Shown: piece by piece, positions 18,461 to 29,163 of the stretch
Position numbering within the stretch: position 1 is the stretch's first letter
Layout of the letters: each line of letters begins with the position of its first letter
Assembly: GCA_964354495.1 (NCBI GenBank)
Contig: CAYHAA010000017.1
Coordinates: 36,939 to 68,938, forward strand
DNA length: 32,000 bases
Reading direction: 5' to 3'
Source: an uncultured archaeon
Lineage (GTDB): Archaea; Asgardarchaeota; Thorarchaeia; Thorarchaeales; Thorarchaeaceae
Program-made: the position numbers and the translations under genes
Notes under the pieces: generated by a model
What the model saw: the letters and a program-made list of their open reading frames with translations, nothing else
The model's database searches: none
What the model was told of the DNA's origin: nothing

Positions 18461-20188
18461 ATGAAGTATTCAATAGCAATTGCAGGAGCAGCAGGGCAGG
18501 GAATCGATACCGTAGCAGATTTTCTAGCAGCCATCCTGAAGGAATCGGGTCTACATGTTTTTGTTTGGAGAGAATTCATGTCTAGGATAAGAGGAGGTAT
18601 CAATTCAGTGCAGCTCAGAGTGACAGATGAGAGAACAGGAGCCTATACATTCAGAACGAGTATCGCAGTCGTCCTAGACAGTGGTGCTTCCGAGCATCTG
18701 AACAGACACTCTCGTATTAGCGATGACACAGTCATCGTGGGTGAGCAGAAAAACATCGAAACCATTGACCATGACCCGAGATATGTGATAGCGGCACCAT
18801 TCTCGGAGATTGCCAAGGAGGTTGGTGGTGCAATCTACTTGAACTCGATAGCAGCTGGCGTAGTTGCGGCATACTTCAACGTGAAGGAGTCGATTGTTCA
18901 AGCCTACCTCAGTGAGCGGTTTAGTTCAAAAGGGGAAGAAATCGTCAAAAAGAATACTGATGCGTATACGAGAGGATTTCAAATTGGGCAGAGAATTAGT
19001 GACATTCTGGGCCCCATGCGCATTAGATCAGATTCTGGTGTGCGTTCACAACTTCTGTTGAGCGGTAGCGAGGCCATAGCCTTGGGTGCACTTGCAGGCG
19101 GCTGCAACTTCATTTCCTCCTACCCAATGTCACCCTCAACGGGCGTTCTTACATTTCTAGCACAGCATGCGAGATATTTCGGTGTTCTAGTAGATCAAGC
19201 TGAAGACGAGATAGCCGCAATGAACAAAGGTCTTGGAGCATGGTATGCTGGCGGACGTGCGATTGTGACAACCTCAGGAGGAGGATTTGCCCTGATGACT
19301 GAGGGGCTCAGTCTTGCGGGTATGTTAGAGAGTCCGATGGTGATACATCTTGCACAAAGACCGGGACCCGCAACGGGATTGCCAACAAGAACGGGGCAGG
19401 AGGATCTTAAGCATGCCCTTGGTGCATCTCACGGCGAGTTTCCCAGAGTGATCTATACTCCGGGAACATACGAAGACGCATTCTTTCTCACCCAGAGAGC
19501 GTTCAACACGGCAGACCAATATCAAGTACCAGTCTTTGTTCTAACAGACCAATTTCTCCTTGACTCATTGGGGACTCTTCCAATGTTGAAACTAACAGAC
19601 ACAAAGAGAGAGCAACATGTAGTCAAGACGAGGAGCAATTACAGAAGGTATCTCTTGACAGAAACGGGTATCTCTCCCCGAGGAATTCCCAGTTATGGAG
19701 AGGGCCTCGTCGTTGTAGACAGTGATGAACATGATGAGAGTGGGCACATAACAGAAGACCTGCACCTTCGAACCAAGATGGTAGACAAGAGGCTGAGAAA
19801 GAAGACCATACTGCTGCGCGAGAACACAATCCCTCCGACACTGGTAGGAGCAAAGGAGCCGAACATTCTTGTCATCGCATGGGGATCCAACTATCATGTC
19901 GTCAAAGAGGCGATATCCGAGCTTGGCCAGGACAGTATCGCCATGCTCCACTTTAGCCAGGTCTATCCATTGCATGAGACCTCACTTGCGTATCTTCGTT
20001 CAGCAAAGAGAGTGGCAATCGTTGAGAATAATGCATCAGCTCAGTTCGCCGGACTGATTCAGAGAGAAACGGGATTTGCAATCGCTAGTGACAGCATGCT
20101 CCTGAAGTACAATGGACTTCCCTTTGCTGTGGAAGAGGTGGTGGACTTTCTGCGGGGTATAGCAAAACAGGAGATGATTATGAATTGA
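18461..20188 (+). CDS. 2-oxoacid:ferredoxin oxidoreductase alpha subunit (gamma-alpha fusion)
   Basis: [50 protein letters not shown]; probable ATG 18461. Confidence 0.95.
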   Translation: MKYSIAIAGAAGQGIDTVADFLAAILKESGLHVFVWREFMSRIRGGINSVQLRVTDERTGAYTFRTSIAVVLDSGASEHLNRHSRISDDTVIVGEQKNIETIDHDPRYVIAAPFSEIAKEVGGAIYLNSIAAGVVAAYFNVKESIVQAYLSERFSSKGEEIVKKNTDAYTRGFQIGQRISDILGPMRIRSDSGVRSQLLLSGSEAIALGALAGGCNFISSYPMSPSTGVLTFLAQHARYFGVLVDQAEDEIAAMNKGLGAWYAGGRAIVTTSGGGFALMTEGLSLAGMLESPMVIHLAQRPGPATGLPTRTGQEDLKHALGASHGEFPRVIYTPGTYEDAFFLTQRAFNTADQYQVPVFVLTDQFLLDSLGTLPMLKLTDTKREQHVVKTRSNYRRYLLTETGISPRGIPSYGEGLVVVDSDEHDESGHITEDLHLRTKMVDKRLRKKTILLRENTIPPTLVGAKEPNILVIAWGSNYHVVKEAISELGQDSIAMLHFSQVYPLHETSLAYLRSAKRVAIVENNASAQFAGLIQRETGFAIASDSMLLKYNGLPFAVEEVVDFLRGIAKQEMIMN

Positions 20189-21072
20189 ACCCGGATGATT
20201 TTGAACTAATGAACGATGTTCAGTACGACATTGCCTGGTGCCCAGGCTGCGGCAACTACCAGATCAGAAGTGCATTGATGCTCGCCCTTGCGGAGCTCAA
20301 TTTGAGGCCCCAAGAGACTGTCATAGTTTCGGGCATAGGTCAGGCTGCAAAGACACCGCACTATGTACGCACAAACGTGTTCAACGGGCTGCATGGAAGA
20401 GCCCTACCAGCCGCAATGGCAATCAAAGCAGCCAATCCGGGGTTGACAGTCATTGCAGAGAGTGGTGATGGATGTATGTATGGCGAAGGCGGCAATCACT
20501 TGATGCATACCATGCTCAGAAACCCAGTTATCACTGTCTTTGTGCATAATAACATGGTCTACGGTCTGACCAAGGGCCAAGCATCTCCCACTAGCCAGAG
20601 AGGCTTTGAAACGCCTGTGCAGCCTGCTGATAGACAAGGCGTGACCTCTGAACCATTCAATCCACTTGCCCTTGGCGTGGCAATGAATGCGTCATTTGTG
20701 GCAAGGGCCTTCATTGGTGACACAGAGCAAACAAAGGAGATAATGAAGAAAGCAATCCAGCACAAAGGGTTCTCGCTTGTAGACATCTTCCAGCCATGTG
20801 TCACATACAACAAGATCAACACATTTCGATGGTTCAAGAGCAACACATACTACTTGGACGATGCATATGATCCTACAGACCGATTGGCTGCATTTGAGAA
20901 AGCCATCGAACGTGATAGGTATCCACTTGGTGTTCTCTACAGAAGTCTTCCAAGGGCCACATTCGAGGAGAATTCAGGCATCTATGATGTGGACAAGAGA
21001 CCTCTGTTTCAGCGTGCCATGGATAAGAAGAAGCTAAAGGATTTGATTCAAACAAAGGTCAGCGGACTATAG
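20185..21072 (+). CDS. 2-oxoacid:ferredoxin oxidoreductase beta subunit
   Basis: [54 protein letters not shown]; TTG start overlaps the alpha stop (TTGA). Confidence 0.95.
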   Translation: MNPDDFELMNDVQYDIAWCPGCGNYQIRSALMLALAELNLRPQETVIVSGIGQAAKTPHYVRTNVFNGLHGRALPAAMAIKAANPGLTVIAESGDGCMYGEGGNHLMHTMLRNPVITVFVHNNMVYGLTKGQASPTSQRGFETPVQPADRQGVTSEPFNPLALGVAMNASFVARAFIGDTEQTKEIMKKAIQHKGFSLVDIFQPCVTYNKINTFRWFKSNTYYLDDAYDPTDRLAAFEKAIERDRYPLGVLYRSLPRATFEENSGIYDVDKRPLFQRAMDKKKLKDLIQTKVSGL

Positions 21073-21366
21073 AAACGCAGTACTTGCACTGCTCAGGCGT
21101 TAGAAGCGAACAGCTATCACAAAAATAGTAATCCAAGCGGGTCATAGGCCTAGGACGCTCATACAACCCATTCTCGCAATGTCTTTGTGACCCATCACTC
21201 TTCAGTCGTTTTGAGCGATGGGTTCAATGCGTAAATGCTCTGTGTCCTTTGCACACTCATCCGTCTGGACTAATTAACTATAGTGAAAATTATGATTTAA
21301 ACTCTCTGTTATCTGCAGTCCATTCGATCTTTTTCCAGAAGACTAAGGGATTGCTTAAGGCATGAT

Positions 21367-21546
21367 TCACGAAGGAGCATAATAGCAATTCTTTGGGGAT
21401 ACCAGTTTCCCTTCCTTTTGCAGGGTCTTGATGATCTTAGAAACCTCAGCCTTTTCGATGCCTGTGATATCTGCCACCTCTCCGGCCTTCAGGGGTTTTG
21501 TGGACTTCTTGAACGCATTGTAGACGATTTCCTTGTTGTCAGGCAT
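21367..21546 (-). CDS. Small winged-helix DNA-binding protein (59 aa): MPDNKEIVYNAFKKSTKPLKAGEVADITGIEKAEVSKIIKTLQKEGKLVSPKNCYYAPS
   Basis: Manual translation, below the track cutoff; clear HTH plus wing pattern. Confidence 0.88.
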   Translation of the reverse strand: MPDNKEIVYNAFKKSTKPLKAGEVADITGIEKAEVSKIIKTLQKEGKLVSPKNCYYAPS

Positions 21547-21738
21547 TTAACTCTTCACCAGCAACTGGTACTGTACGTTGCCTTTTAAGGAGCCGCTGAA
21601 GCTCTTTCACAGTAATGTTGTACTTATAGCTAGATAGAATCATGAGATTCTCAGGCGTCAAATCTCTTTAGAGGGCAAATCAGAGAATGACCAAGATTGA
21701 AGAAATCGCGGTCCGCCGCACGAAGCTGTGACATATCG

Positions 21739-21825
21739 ATGGATACAAGAGTGTTAGTTGCTGCAATTGTTGTGATGGCCCTGTTCATGGGCAGTATCGC
21801 AACAATCGTCTGCGGTATTTTATGA
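21739..21825 (+). CDS. Possible 28-aa single-TM peptide MDTRVLVAAIVVMALFMGSIATIVCGIL
   Basis: Uninterrupted hydrophobic helix in an otherwise unexplained intergenic region; no clear SD. Confidence 0.3.
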   Translation: MDTRVLVAAIVVMALFMGSIATIVCGIL

Positions 21826-22087
21826 TTGGGTAGAGAGCATGAAACATGTGGATGAATCATGAGCTGGATTGGAAGTGAAAGTATTGATCTCTAAGAGCCA
21901 ATTACTGTGGGGTCGTACTATTGATCCAAGACAAACCCTGATGTCGAAAGAGCCGGATTGTATACTGATTCCATGAAGACAACTGAGGGGCAGTCTTAGA
22001 TAATCCGACAAGCAAAAGCTCTCGCCCATTGTCTATGATACGGGAATTTGTTGATTACAGGTGGGGTGCTTTTGAACAGCTCACCCG

Positions 22088-23071
22088 TCAATGCTTGACA
22101 GCACCAATGAGTCCATTCTCATTGGTCAACTCTGCTTGATTTCTACTTTGTAAGATTCTAAGAAGGTCATGACTCTCAGCCAAGGCTAGGACAAGCGAAT
22201 TCGTATCATAGTCCCCATAGATTATTCTTGAGATCTCGTAGACTGTCTGAGGGCTGTGCGTCAAAGAGTCAGCGGCCTTCTGGAGTTTGCTGTCATATTC
22301 AGCACGCAATGTCTCGACTCTAGATGCAATGTCAAGTATTGGTTCTCTGTGACCAGGAAGTGCGATATAGCCTTCTCTGGATGAGATTCTGTTCAGCGAA
22401 TCAAGGTAGGTTATCATGCCTATTCTTTCAGAACTGTCAAATGAGATACTTGGGTTTGAACTTATATCTCCCAAGACATGGTCTCCACTAAAGATGACTT
22501 GCTGTCCTTCACATACAAAGCATGTTGACCCAGGAGAGTGACCTGGGACCCAGACTGCAGTAACTTCGCCAATACCTGTTTTGAAAGATGCGTTGTCTTC
22601 GAAACAGTGAACTGCTGGAACAGACTCTCCCATTGACTTGAAGAAGGCTGTGCGACCTTTTGCAAGCTTCAGGGCCTCATTCTTTGGGACACCAGATGTC
22701 ATTATTAGCTTCACAATAGGCTCCAAGTAGTGCTCCATGTATCTCTCATAATTGAGAAGCGCCTCTGCATCCCTTCGATGAATCCATACCTCTGTAGCAC
22801 CGCCATGAATACGCGCCCGTTCTCCAACGAATTGCGCCACTAGCCCAATATGATCAATGTGATTGTGTGTTAGGAGAATCTGTTCAATCTCAGACAAATC
22901 ATAGGACAATGCATGAAGTTCTCTCTGCATTGTTTCTAGACCCTTGGAGGTCTTTGGACCGGTGTCAATCAGAGTGAGTGGTTTGCCTTCTATCAAGTAA
23001 CAATTGACGTTGCCAACAGGAAACGGTGTAGGTATCTCAATTCTAGATACTCTATCGATTGGATTCGTCAT
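22088..23071 (-). CDS. MBL-fold metallo-hydrolase
   Basis: LIDTG, THNHIDHIG (HxHxDH), PGHSPGS, FSGDHVL, LPGH. Confidence 0.93.
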   Translation of the reverse strand: MTNPIDRVSRIEIPTPFPVGNVNCYLIEGKPLTLIDTGPKTSKGLETMQRELHALSYDLSEIEQILLTHNHIDHIGLVAQFVGERARIHGGATEVWIHRRDAEALLNYERYMEHYLEPIVKLIMTSGVPKNEALKLAKGRTAFFKSMGESVPAVHCFEDNASFKTGIGEVTAVWVPGHSPGSTCFVCEGQQVIFSGDHVLGDISSNPSISFDSSERIGMITYLDSLNRISSREGYIALPGHREPILDIASRVETLRAEYDSKLQKAADSLTHSPQTVYEISRIIYGDYDTNSLVLALAESHDLLRILQSRNQAELTNENGLIGAVKH

Positions 23072-23188
23072 GAGGGGGAAGACCAATTCAGATACTCTCT
23101 ACATGGGTGATATAAAGAGGGCTGTTCAGCCAATCACTCAACACAGATCAAAAGACGGAGAGTCCATAGTACTAGTTGACTCGATGAG

Positions 23189-23245
23189 AATGAAAGGATG
23201 ACTCAACAGTCGCAGCGAGGGCAAGTTCCCTATCCTAGCGTCGTT
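23189..23245 (+). repeat. Intergenic repeat copy E
   Basis: AATGAAAGGATGACTCAACAGTCGCAGCGAGGGCAAGTTCCC...GCGTCG aligns with the copies at 30399 and 31894. Confidence 0.8.
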
Positions 23246-23311
23246 GGCGGTGCTTACTGTGTTGGTTCGGAGGACGCAAACTTAGCCTCGCAGCATAGAT
23301 CTGTTGATGAC

Positions 23312-25795
23312 TCAGGTAAGCCTCCTTCGTACCACCACAGCGGCAACAACAAGAACTACAACCCCGACTGTCAGGTAGACAAAGTGCGGCACGCCCATTG
23401 TGCTTGCAGTGATCCAATCGAGAATCGGATTGGATGCCAAGACCTCAATCGGTCCGCCTGGTTCTGACATCGAATCATAGTCCCTATACCAAGCCCTTGC
23501 GTCCGGTGCGACAGCGTCTATGCTGGCATTGAACCAGATGCATATGGCCCGCCTCTCTGTGTATACGCCCGGATTAGTAGGCGTAATGTTGTATTGTGTT
23601 GACCAGCTCTCTCCTGGATCAAGTGACGCCAGCTTGAACAGCACTGGAGACGACGCATCGTACGATCTGAGTCCAGGGCAGATTCCGTCAATGATTCTCA
23701 CGTCATAAGCCGTTTCAACGCCCATGTTGGTGACAGTAATGTTGTACCACATAGTGTTCCCTGGGTAAAGTTGTTTCGTGACCTGTCCCAGACTACACGT
23801 CTTGGTTATCTTGAGGTATGACAGTGAAATCTCAAGTGTCGGTTCAGAATCAAGGCTGAACGACATTCCAATGTCTGTGCTCATGAAGAGTTGTGGACTT
23901 GCCTTGTCATATGAGTGGGCAGTTTCATTGTATGTAGTGTCCAGATTGACCGCACAAAAGTCATCAAGACCGTTCACAAGTGTAGGCCGAACATCGAAAC
24001 CGTCACTGATAGTCTGATTGAACAGCAGCCAGAGCTCATCAGGTTCCTTGGCGATCCAAGTGCCATCAATCCGAGCAGACTGTGCCGAGAGACTTGATAT
24101 GAGGCTGCCCGCGAAGACCTGCACAGTTTCATCCCAGTTCTCACTCAGAAACTTTTTCATCTCTTGCCGGTTCCAACCTGTGAGAGCAGGAAGCGATATC
24201 CCATATTCTGTAAACAGGCTATCTATAAAGCCAAAGCCCTTTGAGGCAATCGAAGCGTTGAATTCCGCACCCCAGCTGCCATTCTCCAACAGTGAAATGA
24301 GACCGTAGCTGTCGATGCTCCTGAGCAGCGCGTCGAACAACACTGGGCCGAGCGCACCATCAGGATCTATCCAGTAGACTCCATCACCATTATCGAGATT
24401 CCCGAATATCGCAAGGCTAAGCAGAGGAGAGGGTATATCGAATAGGTGGCCTTGAGGATGAATGAGAATGTCACGAATCATGTGTGAACCGGCTTGGCCT
24501 TCACCCCACGACCAGTCGAACGATGGCCCCCACGCATCATTGAACCACTTGACAATTCCACGACCCTGCACCGTGTAGTTCGTTTCGGAACTGACCGAAC
24601 CAAGTTGATTGACGAGTCTCATCAGGACATCATAGTCTTCAGTTCCAGGCATAATGACCCCTCCATCCTTCTCAAGAGGAATCTCGAACGGATAAGAGGG
24701 CATGTCATCCAATCGAAGCCATTCGTCTGGCACACCTTGGACACTCATGCCATTGGGTCCAGTCGCTCCGATGATTGACAGAGAACACGCAGATGGATCC
24801 TCGTACATCTTATTCATTAGAGGGCCATCATAATCAAGATAGTCGAGCAATGACCAGACTGAAACATCCTCCCAGCTATGGTAATGGTCAAGGTACAATG
24901 AGGCTCGACCCATAATCATACTGTCACAGTCTTCATCAGGACCCGGCGCAGTTTCAGCTTCATGTCGAACAGCAATGGGTCCCGGATAGATGCCTATCCC
25001 GTTCATAAGCGAGGGACTGGCCCTGTCAACGCGCTTCAGAATCAGTCCGCATCCGCTATCATCGACAGGCCATCCGGTCGAGTTTACGATCGACATGAAA
25101 CCTCCCATCGATGCTAGTATATCTAGGAGATGCGCCACATCCTCGTAGTCTCCGATTGTCGAGAACACAATGTCTATGATTCTGTATAGCGTATACGTAA
25201 TCTCTTCAATGTCGCCCTCATTGTCGACAGTGGCGTTCTGGGGTATAGTATAGACTATGGGCACCGAGGACTCCGGCCACGTGATGACACTACCAACGAG
25301 TGCCATCAGGACTTCCTTAGCAAGACTGAACGCCTGCGTCCAGTTGAGGCTGGTCACGTAGGGGTCGCTAGTATCATCTGGGATTACATATATCGGGCTG
25401 ACAACTGCATCGACAATTAGCGCTGGACCCAAGACCTCACCCGTGAGCGCCGTGAACTGGCTCACAGCTTCGATGGCAAGCTCCGTGACATATCCTACGT
25501 TTCCTTCGATCTGCTCGCGAGTCACGATTTGAGCCTCCTTGAAGTGATTCCCAGCAGCACAGGTGGCTCCATAGTAGTGCGACGCATTCTGGACAGACAC
25601 AACATTGACTGAGAGTCCACCCTCTGACCCGATGTTCATGGTGAGCATCTCGAGAGTGCGATACCCATCTTCGACATCAGGCGGCGTTGGGGCGGAAATG
25701 ACAGCAGGAGCAGCCCAGCAGCCGCCTAGCTGTGATGCAATGAGTAGCAGTGCAATTCCTAGTACGTACACCCGGACGAACGAGTCTCTTATCAT
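23312..25795 (-). CDS. Large secreted surface protein with C-terminal Ig-like (DUF11-like) domain and TM anchor
   Basis: Signal-like N-terminus; YNITVTNMG.ETAYDVRI.D...L.PGESW...YNITPT.PGVY; C-terminal TM plus RRR; many sequons. Confidence 0.85.
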   Translation of the reverse strand: MIRDSFVRVYVLGIALLLIASQLGGCWAAPAVISAPTPPDVEDGYRTLEMLTMNIGSEGGLSVNVVSVQNASHYYGATCAAGNHFKEAQIVTREQIEGNVGYVTELAIEAVSQFTALTGEVLGPALIVDAVVSPIYVIPDDTSDPYVTSLNWTQAFSLAKEVLMALVGSVITWPESSVPIVYTIPQNATVDNEGDIEEITYTLYRIIDIVFSTIGDYEDVAHLLDILASMGGFMSIVNSTGWPVDDSGCGLILKRVDRASPSLMNGIGIYPGPIAVRHEAETAPGPDEDCDSMIMGRASLYLDHYHSWEDVSVWSLLDYLDYDGPLMNKMYEDPSACSLSIIGATGPNGMSVQGVPDEWLRLDDMPSYPFEIPLEKDGGVIMPGTEDYDVLMRLVNQLGSVSSETNYTVQGRGIVKWFNDAWGPSFDWSWGEGQAGSHMIRDILIHPQGHLFDIPSPLLSLAIFGNLDNGDGVYWIDPDGALGPVLFDALLRSIDSYGLISLLENGSWGAEFNASIASKGFGFIDSLFTEYGISLPALTGWNRQEMKKFLSENWDETVQVFAGSLISSLSAQSARIDGTWIAKEPDELWLLFNQTISDGFDVRPTLVNGLDDFCAVNLDTTYNETAHSYDKASPQLFMSTDIGMSFSLDSEPTLEISLSYLKITKTCSLGQVTKQLYPGNTMWYNITVTNMGVETAYDVRIIDGICPGLRSYDASSPVLFKLASLDPGESWSTQYNITPTNPGVYTERRAICIWFNASIDAVAPDARAWYRDYDSMSEPGGPIEVLASNPILDWITASTMGVPHFVYLTVGVVVLVVAAVVVRRRLT

Positions 25796-26038
25796 GTGCA
25801 ATCCCTCACTCAAAATCCAAACAGCGCGAACTGCTACTAGATAGCTCTGGGAAGCTTATGAAGCTTCGCTTAACAAATGAGCGTGTTTCTGAGCAGCTCG
25901 TAATCTGAGTGTTCAGATAATCACTCAGCACAGATTGCCAAAGCTCACGCTGACGAATCACGATGCTAATATGCACAGGACGAAGCTTGACTATGAAGAC
26001 CTTAAGTCCGGAGCAAAGGCACAAAGGAATACGGTCAG

Positions 26039-26965
26039 ATGCAGAACATGATCGGAGAACTCAGCAAAAGAATTGCAGATAATCAAAGAAATCCCTATAT
26101 CTTTGGGGCGGTAGCAGGACTCGCTCTATATGTAGTAGTACTGTTTTTCAGAGGGTGGGACATTATTTCATTGATACTCGGGGAGGAGTTCTTGACACTC
26201 GCAGTAGTCACGGGTACAGTCATGCGTTTTTTGGGTGGTCTTGGAATAGCACTGACCTATGCATCCTTTTGCGCATTTGTCTTCAGAGTGTCGTCATCTT
26301 GGATTAGAGGGAATAGAAAAAGGCTCAGACTGACGACCATGTTAGTCCCAATCCCGGCGCTAATCTTGGCAGCATATGGAATCTATACAATATGGAGTGC
26401 CTTCTTCCTTTCAAGGCCGTTGTCCCTCATCGAGTATGCCTCAGGCATCTTTGGTGTATGGTCGCTAATTATCATGGTCTACATATTTCCAATAGTCAAG
26501 AGCGAATATACCCCAGACTTGGATCAAGCTAAGACTGTCGGTGTACATCAAAGAATAGATGCATGGAAGTTCTCAGTCTGGAGAGGATATCAATCCAAGA
26601 TTAGAAAGGACTACGGACGTGTTGCTGAAGAGGAGTTTGAGAGATACGGGGCACGATTGTTCACAATACGTGCAGTCCTCAGCGGCCTCTTATTGCTTCC
26701 AATCTCGTTTGTTTTAATCACTGTCCCCCCGTTAGCGATAATAAGTGCAATACTGTGGGTGCGGATATTCTCATTAGATTATAGATGCTTCTCCGGATTT
26801 GAGAGAGGTATGTTAGTTCTTGTTACTGGATTGGTGGCTCTGCTCACCACTGTTACATTTCCGCCAGCAGAAACACAGGGATTCAACCTCTTCTTTAGTG
26901 TGGCCTCTGGAGTCGGGCTGCTGGTTGGACTGGTTTTGCTACTCATCATTATCAGAAACAAGTGA
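26039..26965 (+). CDS. Multi-pass membrane protein of unknown function
   Basis: About 8 hydrophobic segments with a central charged loop; T-rich tract after the stop. Confidence 0.82.
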   Translation: MQNMIGELSKRIADNQRNPYIFGAVAGLALYVVVLFFRGWDIISLILGEEFLTLAVVTGTVMRFLGGLGIALTYASFCAFVFRVSSSWIRGNRKRLRLTTMLVPIPALILAAYGIYTIWSAFFLSRPLSLIEYASGIFGVWSLIIMVYIFPIVKSEYTPDLDQAKTVGVHQRIDAWKFSVWRGYQSKIRKDYGRVAEEEFERYGARLFTIRAVLSGLLLLPISFVLITVPPLAIISAILWVRIFSLDYRCFSGFERGMLVLVTGLVALLTTVTFPPAETQGFNLFFSVASGVGLLVGLVLLLIIIRNK

Positions 26966-27009
26966 GTCTGAATCAAACTGAGCCTGTTTTGTTTTGAAAA
27001 TGATTGAAA

Positions 27010-27060
27010 AATGAGGGGGTGGCTCAACAGCGAACAGCAACGGCGAGTCCCCTGATTACC
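27010..27060 (+). repeat. Intergenic repeat copy A
   Basis: AATGAGGGGGTGGCTCAACAGCGAACAGCAACGGCGAGTCCCCTGATTACC. Confidence 0.88.
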
Positions 27061-27170
27061 TCCATCCAGCTCCACGTACCGCCCATTGGCTGGTAGCGCG
27101 GGCTCACAGGATTTATTACTTGCAAAGCATGTATTCTCAAGTTAAGATATTGACTGTGGTGCAAGAAACT

Positions 27171-28460
27171 ATGGCCAAGGATTTGGAGAAGACTGAGCAG
27201 GAACGAACCGGTAAGTCGCAACTGAACGCGCGCAGAGTTGGAAGAAGAAAAGAAGTGACAGCATTGCTTCTGGCACTTGTCATGCTGATGGCAATGACAT
27301 CAACGATGTATAGCTTGCCAGCATCTGTAAATGCGTTGGCTCAGCAGCCGCTTATCGAGTTCATACGGACTGTTCAAGTAACGCCCGATGACCAATTCCT
27401 GACCGGCAGCTTCCCCCGCATCAATTATGTTTCAGCAACTGATCGTTTTGTTGTCACATTTGGAACAAAAGCCAGTACTGAACCGAACACATCTCTCGGA
27501 GCAGGATACGCCTACAAGGAGTACAATCTGGAAATGCAGGAAACGGGCGACTCTGGTCTTCTTGAGTGGTACGTCAATGCGAGCGAGGCAGGTGACTCAG
27601 GCTCCTGCATGGTCAACAGCACCTATTACTGCGCGTTCGTGTCGCAGGTCAACCCAGCTTACGGCTGGACTCTGATCAAATATGACGCAACCAACTGGAC
27701 ACGACTAGGAGAAGCGTTCTTCTTACTTGAGGACCCGAATCAGGGAAACTTGGACCCTTGCGTCGCGTATGTTAACGGGCAGCTTGACATCTGTAACCAG
27801 TACAACCCTTCGGGAATCTGGCAGGAGGGAAATTCATCTCGCCACTACTTCTTCACGGCAAATCTCGAACCGATAGGAATGATCACTGTCGGAGATACCC
27901 CACATATCTCCGGAGCATCCATCATCTTTGAAGATGGCATCTATTACTATGTTTCTGCAAACGAGTATGCTGGTGGTTTGGTATTGATGGAATACGATAG
28001 GGACTGGAACTATCTTGGGATGAAGGATCTAATGCCTCAGGCTCATTGGTCGCAAGGACTGGTTTCTGACGGACGGTACTTCTATCTCGCTTATCTGGAT
28101 ACCAGTCTAAGAGACCCGGAGAGCTTCTTTCCAGTCTACCCGAACGTGCGTCTGGCTGTATTTGATCGCAATTGGAACCTTGTGCACACCGAGAATGTCA
28201 CAGATTTCGCTCGTTCAGATTACAGGAAGGGAGGTAGGCCGTGGGTAATTCTTCACGAGAACCTGTTGTATCTGTCCTACGATGTGGACACTGTGAACGT
28301 CACGACAGAAGAGGAGGAAAAGAAGTGGCAGGCCTATGTGAGCATCTATGATATCTCAGGGTTGAGACAAGGAGATGCCTTGATTTGGCCGCTGCTTGTA
28401 GGAGGAGCTGTTGTTCTTGCCGCGGTAGCAGTCACATATGTTATCATGAAGAAACGTTAA
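27171..28460 (+). CDS. Secreted beta-rich (propeller-like) surface protein with C-terminal TM anchor
   Basis: Signal-like RRKEVTALLLALVMLMAM; aromatic beta-strand repeats (YDATNW, YDRDWN, FDRNWN); C-terminal TM plus KKR. Start uncertain (27129/27171). Confidence 0.85.
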   Translation: MAKDLEKTEQERTGKSQLNARRVGRRKEVTALLLALVMLMAMTSTMYSLPASVNALAQQPLIEFIRTVQVTPDDQFLTGSFPRINYVSATDRFVVTFGTKASTEPNTSLGAGYAYKEYNLEMQETGDSGLLEWYVNASEAGDSGSCMVNSTYYCAFVSQVNPAYGWTLIKYDATNWTRLGEAFFLLEDPNQGNLDPCVAYVNGQLDICNQYNPSGIWQEGNSSRHYFFTANLEPIGMITVGDTPHISGASIIFEDGIYYYVSANEYAGGLVLMEYDRDWNYLGMKDLMPQAHWSQGLVSDGRYFYLAYLDTSLRDPESFFPVYPNVRLAVFDRNWNLVHTENVTDFARSDYRKGGRPWVILHENLLYLSYDVDTVNVTTEEEEKKWQAYVSIYDISGLRQGDALIWPLLVGGAVVLAAVAVTYVIMKKR

Positions 28461-28587
28461 CGAATACCTAGTCAAGGAGAGGACAGTGTGAAATCCTCCC
28501 CCGGAACAAGCGTCTGGGCAGCGGGAGCATATGCGTTTCTCTTACAGCTCTCTTCAGGTCCGGTTCTATCCCGAGATGCTTGGCATA

Positions 28588-28749
28588 CTATGAGAGTGAT
28601 AGATTGGACTCTTTTGTCGCCTGTCGAATCATTTCTAGACTGCATGATTTGTGCTCGGTACACCACTGCTCGCACTTCTTTGCCCAGTGCTCTTCATGAT
28701 ACAATAGATGGCATTCCTCATATTCAAAGAGAATTCCATTTCTTTTCAT
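28588..28749 (-). CDS. Small Cys/His-rich protein (53 aa): MKRNGILFEYEECHLLYHEEHWAKKCEQWCTEHKSCSLEMIRQATKESNLSLS
   Basis: Manual translation; resembles a small archaeal family with a CxxC.xxY...WAxxCExWC..H.SC.LEI pattern (first Cys replaced by Tyr here). Confidence 0.7.
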   Translation of the reverse strand: MKRNGILFEYEECHLLYHEEHWAKKCEQWCTEHKSCSLEMIRQATKESNLSLS

Positions 28750-28816
28750 GAGTTAATCCTTCACATTTCCAAATATCACTCAATGATAGAGGAATTTGAG
28801 TAATGCTCTAATGAAA

Positions 28817-28867
28817 AATGAAAGGGGCGGCTCGACAGCAAACAGCAGGGGCGAGTCCCTGATTACC
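28817..28867 (+). repeat. Intergenic repeat copy B
   Basis: AATGAAAGGGGCGGCTCGACAGCAAACAGCAGGGGCGAGTCCCTGATTACC. Confidence 0.85.
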
Positions 28868-29163
28868 AGACTCCACCAGTCTATACTTCTCACTGTCAAG
28901 GTATCCAGTTCCTAGAAACGGCGGAATCTGCTTCTATTACATTTCTAATGCACGATGTCAGCCGTGAAAGAAGACACTCTTGCAGTATGGCTTCTTGCGA
29001 TGCTTGAACATTGTGGAGTATGTGCACATCGCCTGCGCTGAACGCCATTCTTAATTCAATGAGACATCCTGACTTTTGGTGCGTGATTCTATCTTCATGC
29101 AATTTGGAAATCACGGCATTGGGAGTGGAAATTTGTGGAAATCAGTGATAGAGGAAACCTAGA

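Noticed and set aside
21105-21116. AGCGAACAGC 10-mer matching repeat copies A and C
   Set aside because: Flanks do not align with the repeat core; a match this short is compatible with chance.
25718-25795. Lipobox-like LGGC in the signal region of the 833-aa protein
   Set aside because: Imperfect consensus, and the protein already has a C-terminal TM anchor; cannot be supported without a predictor.
27010-27100. Repeat as a tRNA or tRNA fragment (GGGGTGGCTCAAC resembles an acceptor/D-arm start)
   Set aside because: No closed D-stem, anticodon arm, consistent TTC loop or acceptor-stem complement in any copy.
28896-29114. ORF containing GDVHIL, reminiscent of the HUH motif of IS200 transposases
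   Set aside because: Lacks a true H-u-H and the catalytic Tyr helix; no flanking IS ends.
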